Source: Tubiluchus corallicola (taxonomy: Eukaryota; Animalia; Priapulida). From it: DNA of 64,000 bases. Both the position numbers and the translations under genes were made by a program. Shown here in pieces: positions 42,009-55,100 of the stretch; within the stretch, counting starts at the first letter, position 1; every line of letters begins with the position of its first letter. The DNA lies in contig JAQGDQ010001075.1 in NCBI GenBank assembly GCA_030141605.1, positions 958-64,957 of the forward strand, read 5' to 3'. The notes beneath the pieces were generated by a model, which was not told the DNA's origin, searched no databases, and was given only the letters and a program-made list of their open reading frames with translations.

Positions 42009-45000
42009 TAAGGGAGCACGTGCATTTTTAGATCGGTTGTTAATACATTTTTGTAGTCTACAATTCTTCCTAGTTGAGTTATTTTGACTTTAATGTTGCG
42101 TCGGCAGCCATTTCTGATTACCTTAAACTAGAATGACCTTGAAACACTATTCTGATAGACCATATGCGTGTTTATATCTGCTGTTAACACATTTGTGCAG
42201 TTTTCAATGTCTACTAATTGAGTTATTTTGACATTTTGACTTTAATGCTGCGTCGGCAGCCATTTTGAGTGAAGTGACTGTAAATGACCTTGGAACAAAA
42301 TTTTTCAGATAGGCCATATGCACTTTTATATTAGCTGGTAATACATTTATACCATGTTAATCCATCTCAGGGGATTTTGAATATGTTATTCTAAACGATT
42401 CTCTGTGTGTCTGTGCAAAAATTCAACTTTACACTGTTTTTGTCCAAATCATACCTTACTTTGACCGGACTATTAGTATGATGAAATTCTTAAGTCCTAA
42501 TATTGCAACACCAATATGAAGTACAAGGCATTTCTATTTTCTTAATCTTAGTTTTTCTATTATAACGTTCTTTAAAAATAAATAAAGCTAGCTCACCACC
42601 ACCAATGTTTTGGTTAGACTTTGTCAATTCTTATTACACACTAATCTGCGCCTATGTATCAAGGCTTCAATGCTAAAATGTCATATTATAAGCTGGTGGT
42701 GTCACCTAGCAGGCACCGAGTGAAGCTTTCTTGAGCCAAATAAATTATAAGATACTTTAGATAATATTATAGCATTGCAACATTTATTGGAAAGTAAACT
42801 TATAAGTTAAAATTAATATAAATTATGATGTTAACCAAAATTATTCTTACAATTTTTTATCTCGATAATATATTTTTGTAATACCCTGAATTTGCATTCT
42901 TTAGGCCTGTTCTTTTGGAATAGAACTTTTGGAATTATTAATTATAATTTAATTATAATGTAACAGAGCTATTAAATAATTTTCAGCGTGCTGCACACAT
43001 GCAATTTACACATACAATTGTTTTGCATGACACGTTGCTTTATAAATCTGAAAGGCTATTATTTTTTATGTGATATGCTAATGCTCGTCTCAACATTATC
43101 GCTACGCGTTTAATGAATTAATAAAAAAAATACGACACCGCGTTTTGTCAATGACAACTGAAATGGCAGTTAAAATGGTACCGTTTTCATATTCCTTTTG
43201 ATCTCTGTCATTATTTTTAATAATTGCAGCAATAGTGTCTTTAGCGATTTTTGCAGTCCTCAAAAAGCTTGGCCTCTCTTGTTATCCCAGTGCTACCAAC
43301 ATTACTACACTTACCCTCTTCGTTTATATTGTAGAGGATTTTTCTTCTTCTTCTTCTTCTATAATCGTTTATAGTTATTATCGTTCTACCTTCTTTTGCT
43401 TGTATTTCTCCATCGGATCTTTACGATAGCAAAAGCCAGCAATGTCAATGCAGTAAAGCACTTTTATAATGACGGTAGTGGTGACACTAGCGGTGATTTG
43501 GTGGCAGTAAAAGTAGCAGTGGTGATGATGAGTAGGTATCATTTCATTTTTCTCTGTCAAAGTACACACCTTCTATGATCTCTCACATCACATTGTACCT
43601 AACAAGCTACAAAGTACCACAATTTTTTTTCTTTCTTTATTATTCCGTCTACGCTAATCGTTTTCTCTTTTTGTCTTCCCTTTTTTCTAAAAAAAGGCAA
43701 AAACCAAGTAGGCTTCTTTGTCATTTTACACCTACTAATTTGGCACTTGTGCTCATAAATTTTTTATTACTATAATTTTTACAACAAGTTGTAAGGTGTT
43801 GTTTTAAAATGAATTTTATTTCTGTATTAAAGATAAGCTATTAACGTGTCTTTCGAGTTATGACATTTGAAACGTTAAAAATATTTTGTAAAATGACGAT
43901 TATAAAAAGTGACCAGCCGAGAATATGATCGATATCGTTTAGCAAAAGACCGCGCATTCAGAGTGATTAATGGACAAAATTTACGACATTCAAAAAATGC
44001 TTTCATTTTTGCAATAATTTCATTATTTTACTACTATTTATACTATACTATTTATTTGTGCTAAACATATATCAAGTGGCGCAAAAACTATGCCGAAATT
44101 TTTATCACGATATTATAAGAAGAAAATAATGGTATGGCTTGAAAATTAACGTCTCGCTGATGTTACAGACGTTTATGTATAAACACCAAAAATTTTAGGT
44201 CGTTCCTTAGATTCAGGTCATTCCCTAAAGATACAGAAGTTTTAAAGCAACAAGTCAAAAAGTAGATGCCAGAAAAAAATTGTCACTATTGTTAAAATTT
44301 CAAGCAGGTTAAAATTATCTCCACCATTTTCACTGCAAACTAGACGAAGGCGTTTGCTGATACACCTTGTCACTTTTTTGAAGATATTTGGTTCACCACG
44401 CAGCAATTTTTGCCTTTAGTTCTTTTGCAGCAAACTACTCTGTGCGGCCATTGTATACTTTCTCTAAGAGGGAATTCCAGATACTGTTCCAGAGAATTAA
44501 GCCCCATTTTTTCTTTAGCACTGCTTTATTTTCTCTAGTGAAAACCAAATGTAAAGTGGTTGATTTCTTTATTGTTTCCATAGCCAAAAGTTAATGTATT
44601 GTAATATCAAGCTGTGAAATTTCAACTTTGTGGGGCACTCGCTTCTAATATTGTTATAGTCTAAACTTTTTTCCGCACTACCCAATATTTTGACTATTTC
44701 ACTGGTATTTTGGAATTGTGTCAATCGGCTGTGCATTCACAAAACTGCAAACTTCAGTATGTGAGCACTTTTTGATATGCTACATTTATAAAAAAAAAGC
44801 ACGTGTGTCATCGACGCTACAGCTGAAAAAGTTGAAATCTAAAACTCGGCGGAAATTTGTAGCCAAGCATTTCAAAAGTAATTTACAAATTCTAGTTAAA
44901 ATGACCCGGTTCTATTCCAGTCTCAGACTCTCAGTACCAGCTTTTTCACAAACTTCTGCTCATGTTTGATTTCAAAAAGACAGTAAATGTAGGTTTATTA

Positions 45001-45173
45001 CATCATCATTTGTCACTTCTTTAATGTTAGTCTAATATTTTGAACAACTTATTCGACGAAACGTTTGGGATCTTTGCTCCCACAAAAGGCAGAAGGAGGA
45101 AAAAGGAGAAACCTAGTGATCTGTAGAACCCCATTAGAACCCCTCCTTAAATTATTTATTAATGTTTTTGCAT

Positions 45174-45683
45174 TACTACGGCCAAATCACGTTGCAAACA
45201 CCTGTTCTCTGATCACCGAAGTTAAGCAACGTAGCGCCTGGTTAGTACTTGGATGGGTGACCGCCTAGAAAAACCAGGTGCTGTAGGCTTGCGGGATACC
45301 GACACTAGGAAGAGGAGGTCAAGTGACCCAACGACCAAGGTGAACCAGTGCAGCATGCTCATTGACTCCGGCAGCCAACCTGGTGCCAAACGTATCGCTC
45401 CACTATCCTTTGGACTACACCAGGGAGGAAGAGAAGGGGTTCCTGTTGTCTGGGTAACGATCTCCATACACCTTGCCCAGGCGTGCGCCCTGGAGAGGCC
45501 ACTCCAGTGTCATTGCTCCAGTGACAGAAACAACACGGGAGGAAGCAGTTACGAGTTATAAGCCTAGAGCGAATTGGGGTGAGCTCGGGCGCTATGGGCT
45601 GTCTAACTGCCGTTCAAGGATCTGACTGCTCAGCCACAGTCGACGCTGTAGTTCCATCAATGTGATCAATAAGTGAGTTAAGT
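45174..45683 (+). mobile_element. 5S rRNA-derived SINE (SINE3-type) with a GC-rich RTE-like body
   Basis: 45174-45290 is a near-full 5S rRNA sequence (ctacggcc...gatcaccgaagttaagc...cctggttagtacttggatgggtgaccgcct...ccaggtgctgtaggctt). It has substitutions, a small deletion and no oligo-T terminator. It continues into a ~390-bp body ending in taagtgagttaagt. Confidence 0.8.
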
Positions 45684-45959
45684 TTCATTAATACTACTCC
45701 TACTCCCAATCATCTTGACTGGTATGCTATTTTTCATTTGTAGCATACATTACATATATTGCAACTTCGACGTATTTATAGGTAATTATTGGCAAACTAA
45801 GACTTTATTCGTCCATTTATAGAATCGCCATCGTTCCTCTTTCACTCTTGTCTAGCCGCTCGGTTACCTCGGTCTTACTTTCAAACTACGTTATTTCATA
45901 ATTCATAATTTTTAATAATAACTGTGATATTCTCCTTCGTTTTCTTCCTTTTTTCGTTT

Positions 45960-46080
45960 GTCATTGTTGCTCCTGTTGATGTTACTGTTGATGTTCCAGT
46001 TGAAGCTGTTGTTGCTGTTGTTGTTGTTGCTGCTGCTGCTACCACTGCCACTGCCATTGTTGCTGCTATTATTGTTGATT
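45960..46080. repeat. Degenerate (GTT/GCT)n low-complexity tract
   Basis: Direct read. Confidence 0.8.
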
Positions 46081-49000
46081 ATACAAGTGTTATATATGTT
46101 GGCTATGGTTTATTATAAAGGATTATCGTATATATGAAAGAAACGCCGTCAGCAAGATCTCAAAACAGAAATGGACATCACCATTACTGAATGGCACAGG
46201 GTGAACTCAAACCATATTTTTAAAAAGTGAAAGAAAATACTGGTTTCACTTTCTAGATCTTAACAGTATTGACGATTATTATGAGCGGAGTTTTGTTAAA
46301 GACGTAGTATACCTAACTTAACCATTTTCCTGACAACAGTGTCGACTAAAATTATAAGCTAGACAAAAACATATCACGCTGTGTTTGTATTTCTAAATAG
46401 CTTCTATATTTATACATATCGCAATAAGTTTTCAATCACACATCGAATATTATACGCATAAACACACGCACGCACGCACGCCCCACCCCTTTACACATTT
46501 AACATTTATACATGACCCCCATCTCTTCATGCTACAATTTATTTCATAAGTTAATGTAATATATGTCACTTCTCTGTACAATCGAAACATACCTTGAATG
46601 TATCAAATTTTCTTTAAGCACGTTTTGCTTTTTGCTATCTTAAACGCCGTTACAAACCAAAATAAATTCAAACAATAATTATATATTACTGTGCAATATA
46701 CAATACATAATTACTTAATTACTTTCTCTACATATTGACATGACCTAAATCTAAAAAGAAAGGCACTCTCGTAACTACAACCTTTCTGCGACATGTTTCA
46801 GCATCATAATACACGTTTTGTGATAACAACAGTTAACATCACGTTTCATAACACTTAACAAAATTAATGCAATTTCATATTTGTCACGTATCACACGCAC
46901 ACATTTATATACACGTACCTGGTATTATATTAATCATTAAAAAAGCCGATGGCATATATAGTAACAGTTTCTGGAATGAATACAATGCCAATGCTATGGT
47001 ATTTAAATCTAAACGGTAACATATTGACTAATGCCTATATAGTGCACACAGTCATAATTGCTCAGCTGCCCTATGGATAATACTTCGGTAACAGCATTCT
47101 GGATAAACAGGGAACAATTACCATAGAACACGATTACGGCATTCATTCGCCGGTTATGGTAATATGGTTTACTAATGTAGGTAAGTTGCCGCTATAATAT
47201 ATAATAAGCAATAGTTAGTGTTTTGCCTGCAAACGATGCTTTATAAATTTAGTACACAGAAAACGAGGTCGGTAGAAGCCGTACCGCGCATGCGTGTTGG
47301 ACATTACCGCAAATTTTCAATCATTTGCGGACTTTTAAAATTAAATTACGCACCAAGCATCCCCTTCCCGAAGGAGTAATTAGCTCTGTAGCCCTGCAGG
47401 CATGAATGTTGTTGAACTTCCGCCCGCAAATTAGTGTAGCGATATGAAGCATGGAGTACGTTGCTATATGCATTATACTCTAATGCATTCCATTTTGTAA
47501 AAAAAAAACAAATGTAGCGATATTATTATTTAAACGCTCAATAGTGTGTAGCGACATGAAAAATAACCTACAATAATAAATTATCAACAATAGAATTTTT
47601 CAGTTTGCCTCACTATACATGCGCAAGCATTATCCTTTTTTCATTGATTTCATAATCTTATTAAGATATCTTTATATAAATCATAAATAATACAGATATA
47701 TATTTTTGTCTTTCTTCAACAAGATAAGAAAATACGAACTGTTAAATAGCAAATTGTCCCAACATTTCTTCCAGACAAGTGGTATTGATTTTTCCTCTGC
47801 AAATTTTCTTTGTAACCGTAGTATAAAAAAATCACAGTCTCGGAAGTTTTTAACTGTATTTTAACCTCTTTCTTTTGTAAAAGGTGCGCTTTGCAAGACT
47901 GCTTTGCATACAACTAATATTGATAGATATCGACCAGGTAAGCGGAATTCAAATTCCACTCCAGTTCAAATCCATGTTGTGTTAGACTTTTCACATTGCC
48001 TATTTTTTTAACTAAGAATGGTTTCAAAAATTAATTAGTTGGGCGTTCGTATCATCTTTGCCTACAATTTTGTACATGTAAATTACTTATAGTCTACAAC
48101 AACAATTCATAGTATATTTGCTTTTAACTAAAGTAGAGAACGAACAGATATATTCTATAGATCCAGATCGTAGTTTTATAACAACTACATATTTCGTACT
48201 TTTATAACAACAACAACATTAACCTTTTTCGCAAAAAAATAGAATGATACATCATTGTTTTTTACATTTTGTCTATTATCCAAGAACACAACTACACAAA
48301 TAAGGCTTCCAAAAATGCCAACAAAAGTCACTACATCACCAGCAAGTGTAATAATAGGGTTGGTTTAGTGAGACAGTTGCCGTTTATTGAGTATCGGGCG
48401 CTAGATCTGTCGCGTCCATTGCGAAATTGCGCGAAATTTACAACCTGATGGTAGAAAATGATTTACGTTTGAGGTTCGATGCACACTTATTCAACAAAGA
48501 AAATTCATCTGAGTCAAAGAAAATAGCTTTTCGCTTATTTTTGTCTTTTTAGACGTCTTCACGATGTTCTAGCGCAAGTTTTATGGCGAGCAGTTAACGG
48601 GCATAACGGATAAAAGTAGCTAATTCGGAAAGCGCATCAGCACAGGAAGATTGTATTCTGAGGATAGTTGAATTAAGTGCTCCGGCGTCCTCAAGCATAA
48701 TACTTTGGCTAATGTAAACGCGAAAACTTTGACTTCTTAAAACGTTTCTCTTCACGTCTTTTCCAGCCATGTTGACTACTTTGCCATTGCAGAATTTAGA
48801 ATCTTAAGCATTCAATTTTACAAAAAACTGTAATTCAAAATCATTTCTTTCACCAATGTCTAGACACCTTCACTCTATTAATATGATAATATGCTAAATT
48901 AACAATAAAAGTCAAGCATGCACCTTATTAGCTACAGCCTTTGGCCGTAACACGTTATGAGACATTTTATACAGTTTTAGTATTCACATAAATCAAGAAA

Positions 49001-50258
49001 GGTTGTGCTCATGATGTTTATGAGGTGTTAAGACACAGCCTAAAATCAAAGATAACGCACTGATTTTGATTTTTTTGATTTTCACGGCTCATTTGCACAA
49101 GACTAGATAGTCTTCAGAACAGCAGGCAATTTCTAACAGTGAGCAAAGAACTTGGTCTTCAGTTACTGTTATTGAATTGCAATGGCGACAAATAGGATTA
49201 GATGGTAAACAACAAATTTTTCATTATTAACTTGTCACCATTGTTGTATTTTTTACTCTATCCGTTCAAAGCGTGTATAGCATGTATAGTAATTAGTACT
49301 ATACATACGATGCATAAATTAATTTACTTTACTGAAAACCAACATAGTGTAATGAATCAAACATAAACAAGAGATAAACTTGAAAACATTCACATTCATT
49401 TACTCTATAACTCTGAACATAAATTTCAAAAATTGTAGGTTATTTTACTTAATCAGATTTCAGCAAATTTTTCATTCTACTTTAAATTTCATTCTAAAAA
49501 TAGGGGAAGCATTTTCCTTGCCAATACAGTTAAATTATTACATGGTGGTTTTACATTTTCAAGGAGAGTATGAATTTCCTAAAACGTAATTTTTTAATAA
49601 ACAGCGAAAAAACATTTTTGTAACACAGCTTGTTCTCTGCGCGTATCACCAGAAATTGTGTTTTGCAGTTTACCATACAGCATCTTGTAAATCTTTAGTC
49701 AGCCTACAAAGCAAAACCCCAACTTTATTTTCAGCAAAGATTACGATGTAAATAGCCTGCTATTAACTTGGGATTTTACGATAAAACATTCTTACGGCAC
49801 TGTTGCCTTGTATTCTGTTGGTCTGAGTAATTTGTACAGGATAAATTATTACTGTAAAGTTTCGGTCTGCACATTGGGACACGTAAAAATATACGTAACT
49901 CCACGCGGCTATAGTCCCTAATCGGATTGGTTAAGTCCTAATTGGATTGATGAACCAAAAAAAGATATTCCAGTATACTACAAATCAAACTATAGGGCAA
50001 AGCTATTGAACCCTAGCGAGATTCTCCAGCTTTCTCGCTTATCCAGCGATAGTGTGGTAGAATAGAATTGTAACGTCTATATTACAATTAAATATTTAGC
50101 AACATTCTAGATCATTTAATCAAAAACTCACAGTAAAAGAGCGATTACAATCCTCAGTCTGCTGTTCAACTAGATGACATTACAGTTCTCCATCACCAGA
50201 CTCACTCCGTCAACAAACCAAACAAAACAATCTGTTGGTTACATGCAATTTATACATA

Positions 50259-50259
50259 C

Positions 50260-50293
<34 letters not shown>

Positions 50294-50302
50294 ATATATA
50301 TA
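50259..50302. repeat. (TA)n microsatellite just 3' of the receptor stop codon
   Basis: Direct read. Confidence 0.9.
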
Positions 50303-50362
50303 TGTTTGGTTTTAAAAAAAGTCCAGATGAACGCTAACCGCACTAATTTACACGCGTTTAAT

Positions 50363-51637
50363 TCACAGTGGAGTACCAGATGGTGGAGTGGATGATATTA
50401 GAGCATGATTCTGCCCATTCTTCATGTCAGCCAGGACATAATTATTCGGTTCAACTTCATGACATTTCTGAAGTGGATGTGCACTTGCTGATGACGCTGT
50501 CGTAAAGTGCGTCATCTCCCCATCTTCTTCTTCATCGGACTCTGCGACTTGCTGCTGCCTACGGGAATCCAATTTGGAGCGTGATCCACGGCCAGGAAAC
50601 ACACTTGTTTCAGCCGTAAGTCCCTCGCTACCACTGGCACATTTAAACGCTTTAATAAAACTCTTTTTAAAGTTGTCACTTAAGAAGGCATACAATATCG
50701 GGTTCATGGCAGAATTGGCATAAGCAAGCATATACAAAAATACAATGACAATAACGAACTGTGCATCGGGAGCTGGTGCAAACTGCAGTACGAGCTGTAT
50801 CGTCCAATATGGCAGCCAGCAACAAATGTAAACAGTTATTACAGTTAAAACCATTTTTGTGACTTTTCGATGGGAACGCTTCTTTTCCTTTGATTTTTTC
50901 TTAGGCCCCACGGTTTTTAGCCTTTGTAGCACGAGCATATAAAATATAAGCGTCAACGTTACCGGAATCGCGAAGCCCAGGAGAAAGGAATACCAAATGA
51001 AGGCTTTATCGGCTTCTATTAGCTGTCCACCAGGCCACATAACAGTACACGTAGGCCCAGGGCCTGTAGTTCTCGCATACATTATAACTGGTATCATAAC
51101 AAGAACAGATATGGTCCATACACATGCGCAAACGATCTTTGCATGCAATGGGGTGCGATACTTGACCGACATGACTGGATGACAGACAGCAAGATACCGG
51201 TCACTACTCATGACGCACAGAAACAAACTGCTAGTGAACTGGTTAACACTGGCAGTGATCATGTAAATCTTACACATTGCCTGCCTGAAGATCCAATGCT
51301 TAACGTTGATGGTAGTGACAAGGAAGGGAATCCCAATCAGAAACATCTCGTCCGCTAAAGCCAAATTCATTATGTACATGTTCGTGACTGTTTTCATTTT
51401 AGCAAACCTAATCACAACATAAATGACTAACGTGTTTCCTATCAGACCGACTAGACAAATAATTATGTATATAATATTGGATACGATGTCAGATATTCGT
51501 TTCCAGGCCAATATCGATTCATCAAATTCATAATCAGGTCCTGACGTACAGTTAGCAAAGTGACTGCAATTAAAAGTATAATTCATTTGTGAGGCGACGT
51601 TGGTAACTGAGTCATCTAAATCGTAATCCAACTCCAT
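50363..51637 (-). CDS. AstC-R: Allatostatin-C receptor (somatostatin/opioid receptor-like class A GPCR), intronless CDS
   Basis: 424-aa ORF with seven hydrophobic segments and the motifs GLIGNTLVIYVV, KMKTVTNMYIMNLALADE, SSDRYLAVCHP, FLLGFAIP, CWLPYW and NSAMNPILYAFLSDNFKKSF. ICL3 reads GPKKKSKEKKRSHRKVTKMV, typical of protostome AstC receptors. N-glycosylation sequons NYT, NCS and NCT are present. Confidence 0.95.
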   Translation of the reverse strand: MELDYDLDDSVTNVASQMNYTFNCSHFANCTSGPDYEFDESILAWKRISDIVSNIIYIIICLVGLIGNTLVIYVVIRFAKMKTVTNMYIMNLALADEMFLIGIPFLVTTINVKHWIFRQAMCKIYMITASVNQFTSSLFLCVMSSDRYLAVCHPVMSVKYRTPLHAKIVCACVWTISVLVMIPVIMYARTTGPGPTCTVMWPGGQLIEADKAFIWYSFLLGFAIPVTLTLIFYMLVLQRLKTVGPKKKSKEKKRSHRKVTKMVLTVITVYICCWLPYWTIQLVLQFAPAPDAQFVIVIVFLYMLAYANSAMNPILYAFLSDNFKKSFIKAFKCASGSEGLTAETSVFPGRGSRSKLDSRRQQQVAESDEEEDGEMTHFTTASSASAHPLQKCHEVEPNNYVLADMKNGQNHALISSTPPSGTPL

Positions 51638-52097
51638 CTCGCGTGTAAGATACTGGAACAGTTAACGTTTTCAAAATATCAACACTAGTTCTGAACATAC
51701 AAGCAATAACAAATATGTTCAATGCTTTGCTTTGACTATCGTCGTTTGTTAACAATGAAGTAGTTTTATTTCTCACAATGTCAGTGTACATTGATGAAGC
51801 TATAATTTCATATACAGTTTTTGCTAACTACAGCAACATGAAAGTCTGAAACAGGCCTTACTTTTCACATTGACCCGCTTTTATAATTTACACTAGCATA
51901 CAGCTCACTGCTCCCATTCGCTTATTATGGATCTAATTGCTAACACAGCTAAGAATTATCCTGATTACACGCTGACATACGTCTAGTTATCTCTGACGCA
52001 TCAGTTAAGCTTTCTTGGTTCACAGGTCTACTCTGCACACTGTTGATCTACCAAGTATTCTTCATAACGAAACAGAAGCTCTTCTTGACCTTTTAGA

Positions 52098-52115
52098 CCT
52101 GAAAAATTCACAGCA
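52098..52115 (-). other. Candidate splice acceptor for the receptor exon (5' UTR intron)
   Basis: Minus strand reads tgaatttttcag|GTCT, 461 nt upstream of the ATG; motif only, no transcript evidence. Confidence 0.4.
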
Positions 52116-55100
52116 TTATTAAGTTATGAATTAAAATTTTAAGACCTTTCAAAAACTGAAATTAACGTTAGCGCGATTATAAGGCCCACTGACGAAGAAA
52201 AAGTCAAGCCGAGTATAATCATAAGTAGCGCAACATGCCCTGTATTGGATTATAATGCTAATGCAACCTGAGACAATAAATCACGTTACAAGCTAATTAG
52301 GTTTCTACGATCCTTACAAGGAAAAATTACTTCCTGATTATTATAATATGAGACAGGCGAAAGGAAGGAACATACGAAGCAGATATACAATTAGAAACAT
52401 AGAGTTTCCTAATGAGTTTTCGTGCCTGCCCTGCTTAATCTACTTTAGTGTTAATTTCTTTTGTACCTACCAGCCATTCTAAAAAGACAATCTTTATTTA
52501 CCGACGTAAAATTTCTGGCGTATTATAAGCATAATTAAGCAGCTACTCAGATAAATTTATTTATTTATTGCAATGCACAATAAGGTCAAGAACATATACG
52601 TAATAAGTTGTTAGTAGTTTAGAGAAAGGCTGGCGAATAAACAGTTAAGGTTAGAGAATCAGCCATCTTTCTAGTTTAAGTTAGTGGCGACGATTTATGC
52701 TGGGATGAAATAAAGAAAATCCTGTCAAACTGAAAATATATAATAATGAAAAATGATAACGAAAAAATGAATCAAAGTAGTTTTAAGTGGTAAAACAATA
52801 TACAAACATCAAAAAAACATAAAGTAACAGACATTATCCTTTGCTAAATTAAACAAAACAGATTGAGAACAAAAACAAAAAATTATCAAAAGTGGATAAG
52901 CATAAAGTACACAATAAATGATAATAATAATAACAGTGAAAAATTAACATACATAAGGACTGAAAACAAAATTGAAAAACACTGAAAACATAAACTGTCA
53001 AACCCACAGAGCATAAATAATAACGGATATAAACTTGAAATAAGCATGCAGTGAACAAATCGAACTGAAATAACGCTGTAATATGCCACTATAAACAAAT
53101 GAAATAGATTGGTTTGTGCAACGTATTATAATAACTGGCAAAAACAAAAGCAAAACAAAAATGAAACAAAATCGAAAGCAATTGCAAACGACAAACTATA
53201 AATTGTCGTTTAACCATATAAAGCAAAAACTAGAAGTATAAACTGCTAAAAATAATGTATAAAATTATAAAAAATGGATAATTACAGGATAAGAAGACCC
53301 TGCGAAATGTACACCACGCTTAGGACAATTTTACTAAATCAATCATAGGCCAAATCATGGATTGTAGCCTTTATTGCCCTGAATTTTATAAAAACTGACA
53401 TACGTGTCGAACAACAGCATGATAGCATTAGCAAGCAACAGCACCTTGGCGTAATTTGTAGACCAACATTTGGCACTGAGTGCCAGAAAAACAGAGACCA
53501 GGAAAAACAGATTTTAGGTTTTTCTTTCATGTTTCATGTCTCTAAAAATTCTACAAATTAACATACTTCATCTTTTATTAATTATACGTATGAATATGCG
53601 AATAAGCAAGAGTTGATGTCATGATCATCATTTATTGTATACATAGGGCAGCAACTTAAACTGATTGGAATATTTCCTTGAGGTATTACATTTCACTAGA
53701 GTGCAATATATAGCTGCCAGACTTCCGGAATAGACAGGGCGCGTAGGTCTCTGCGTCAAAGTTTCCGGAAATGCAAATACACCTGAAATCATTTACCCGA
53801 GCATATACAAAGTGAAAAACGACAAATTTACTCAAGTATGAGTACTACTATCAGCCTGCTTTCCTTGTGAATACATCTTCATAAAGAAATATGGTGTTAA
53901 TATGGAAAACCTTTGCGTCGATCAGCCTTCGAAAGCGATTCTACATTTGCGTGGCTTTCAGTAGCGCTCAGATGTCAGTAAAATTCGAACGATTTGACAT
54001 GACATTTCAAGTTCATAAAGTAAATGATCAAGAGAACGTGTTTACATGTTAAGGCTAGCAAGCAAAAAATGATGCTTAAAACTGAACAGTTGAAAGTCTT
54101 TTAAATATCACTTACACTCCGCCTATATAATAAATCGAAGTTAAGGCAAACACATCAGAAGGGCCGCGAAACACTTTAAAACAACACTAGAATCGATAAA
54201 CGTAACAGGTTACCTCATTAATGAGTTCTTAAATACAAGTCTTCTCTATATACTGCAGAGTAATTTCGCAATTTCGCTTCTGCTGGCAAAAGATTCTGAA
54301 ACAGCCTGCTCGAGAAAAAGAAGGTTTTCTTAACGATCCTAGAATGGCAATTTTTCGCATTAGCTGATAGCTTCAGTTGAGAAATCCAATGACTTTCTTT
54401 TTTGTTCGAGAAAAACTTGGTTTTCCTCGATTTTTTTAAAACGAAGCAGAAGTTTATTTATTGGAAAACTTTTTTTATAACCATTGTTGCGAATTTTTGA
54501 GCAAGTCTTCACCACGTGACCAATGGAATACATGAGTGACAAGAGCAGCTCGTCACTCAGTTATATTCATGACAGTTGAAGTCGAGGAGATCTTACCTAG
54601 TTGCAACTTCTTCAAATGACGTCGTATGGCGATTTCTTACTTCCTTGCGCAGTTTGCTTTATTTGCTGCAATTAAAGAAGAGGTGCTCACAAGACATAAC
54701 GCACTAGCACATACCTTTAGACTATCTACAGTTTCTGCTGCTTTCTATTTTATTTTATAAGGATTGTATTCGTGTAATGAATTCACCCCCAGTGTAATCA
54801 TTATACATTCCTAATATGAATACATTTTGAGCTTGCTTTCCATCATACACCACAAATACTTTTTGCTTAACCCAATCGTCTGCCAACACGCAACAAGCAG
54901 TTCTATTTTCGTTCTTTTTGTTTAACCCACTACAAACATTTTACCAGACGGTTCTTATGTATCGACATCTGGTTTCTCACAAACTGTATTACTGTTGTAA
55001 TTTGTGGCATATATTCCTGTATCCCTGACTGCATAGCCGATTGTCACAGCCTAACTAATTTTTCTATTGTGATCAGTGCTTTCTCTTGTGGTTTTCATTT

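Larger units (their letters stand above)
41000..42472. mobile_element. Foldback-type element: two inverted arrays of a ~135-155-bp unit
   Basis: Units such as aactaggaagcattttagac...aatgtattaccagc at ~41191, ~41326 and ~41471 are mirrored by reverse-complement units at 42012-42355. The right terminus reads ...ttgaccggacta; the left terminus is degenerate and approximate. Confidence 0.7.

Noticed and set aside
42695-42720. CTCF-like motif between FGF and the receptor (similar words at ~14030, ~15077 and ~59085)
   Set aside because: Partial matches are expected by chance in 64 kb and cannot be supported without a PWM scan or ChIP.
45174-45290. Functional 5S rRNA gene
   Set aside because: Single copy, altered 5' end, internal deletion and no oligo-T terminator; better explained as a SINE head or pseudogene.
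45065-45561. ORFs of 67-102 aa over the GC-rich segment
   Set aside because: They lie within the 5S-derived SINE; open frames reflect GC content.
50997-51358. Plus-strand ORFs overlapping the receptor
   Set aside because: Short antisense shadow ORFs with no recognisable motifs.
53720-53772. Paired TTCCGGAA palindromes as STAT/ETS sites for the receptor
   Set aside because: The spacing is not the canonical TTCN3GAA, and short motifs alone are not sufficient evidence.
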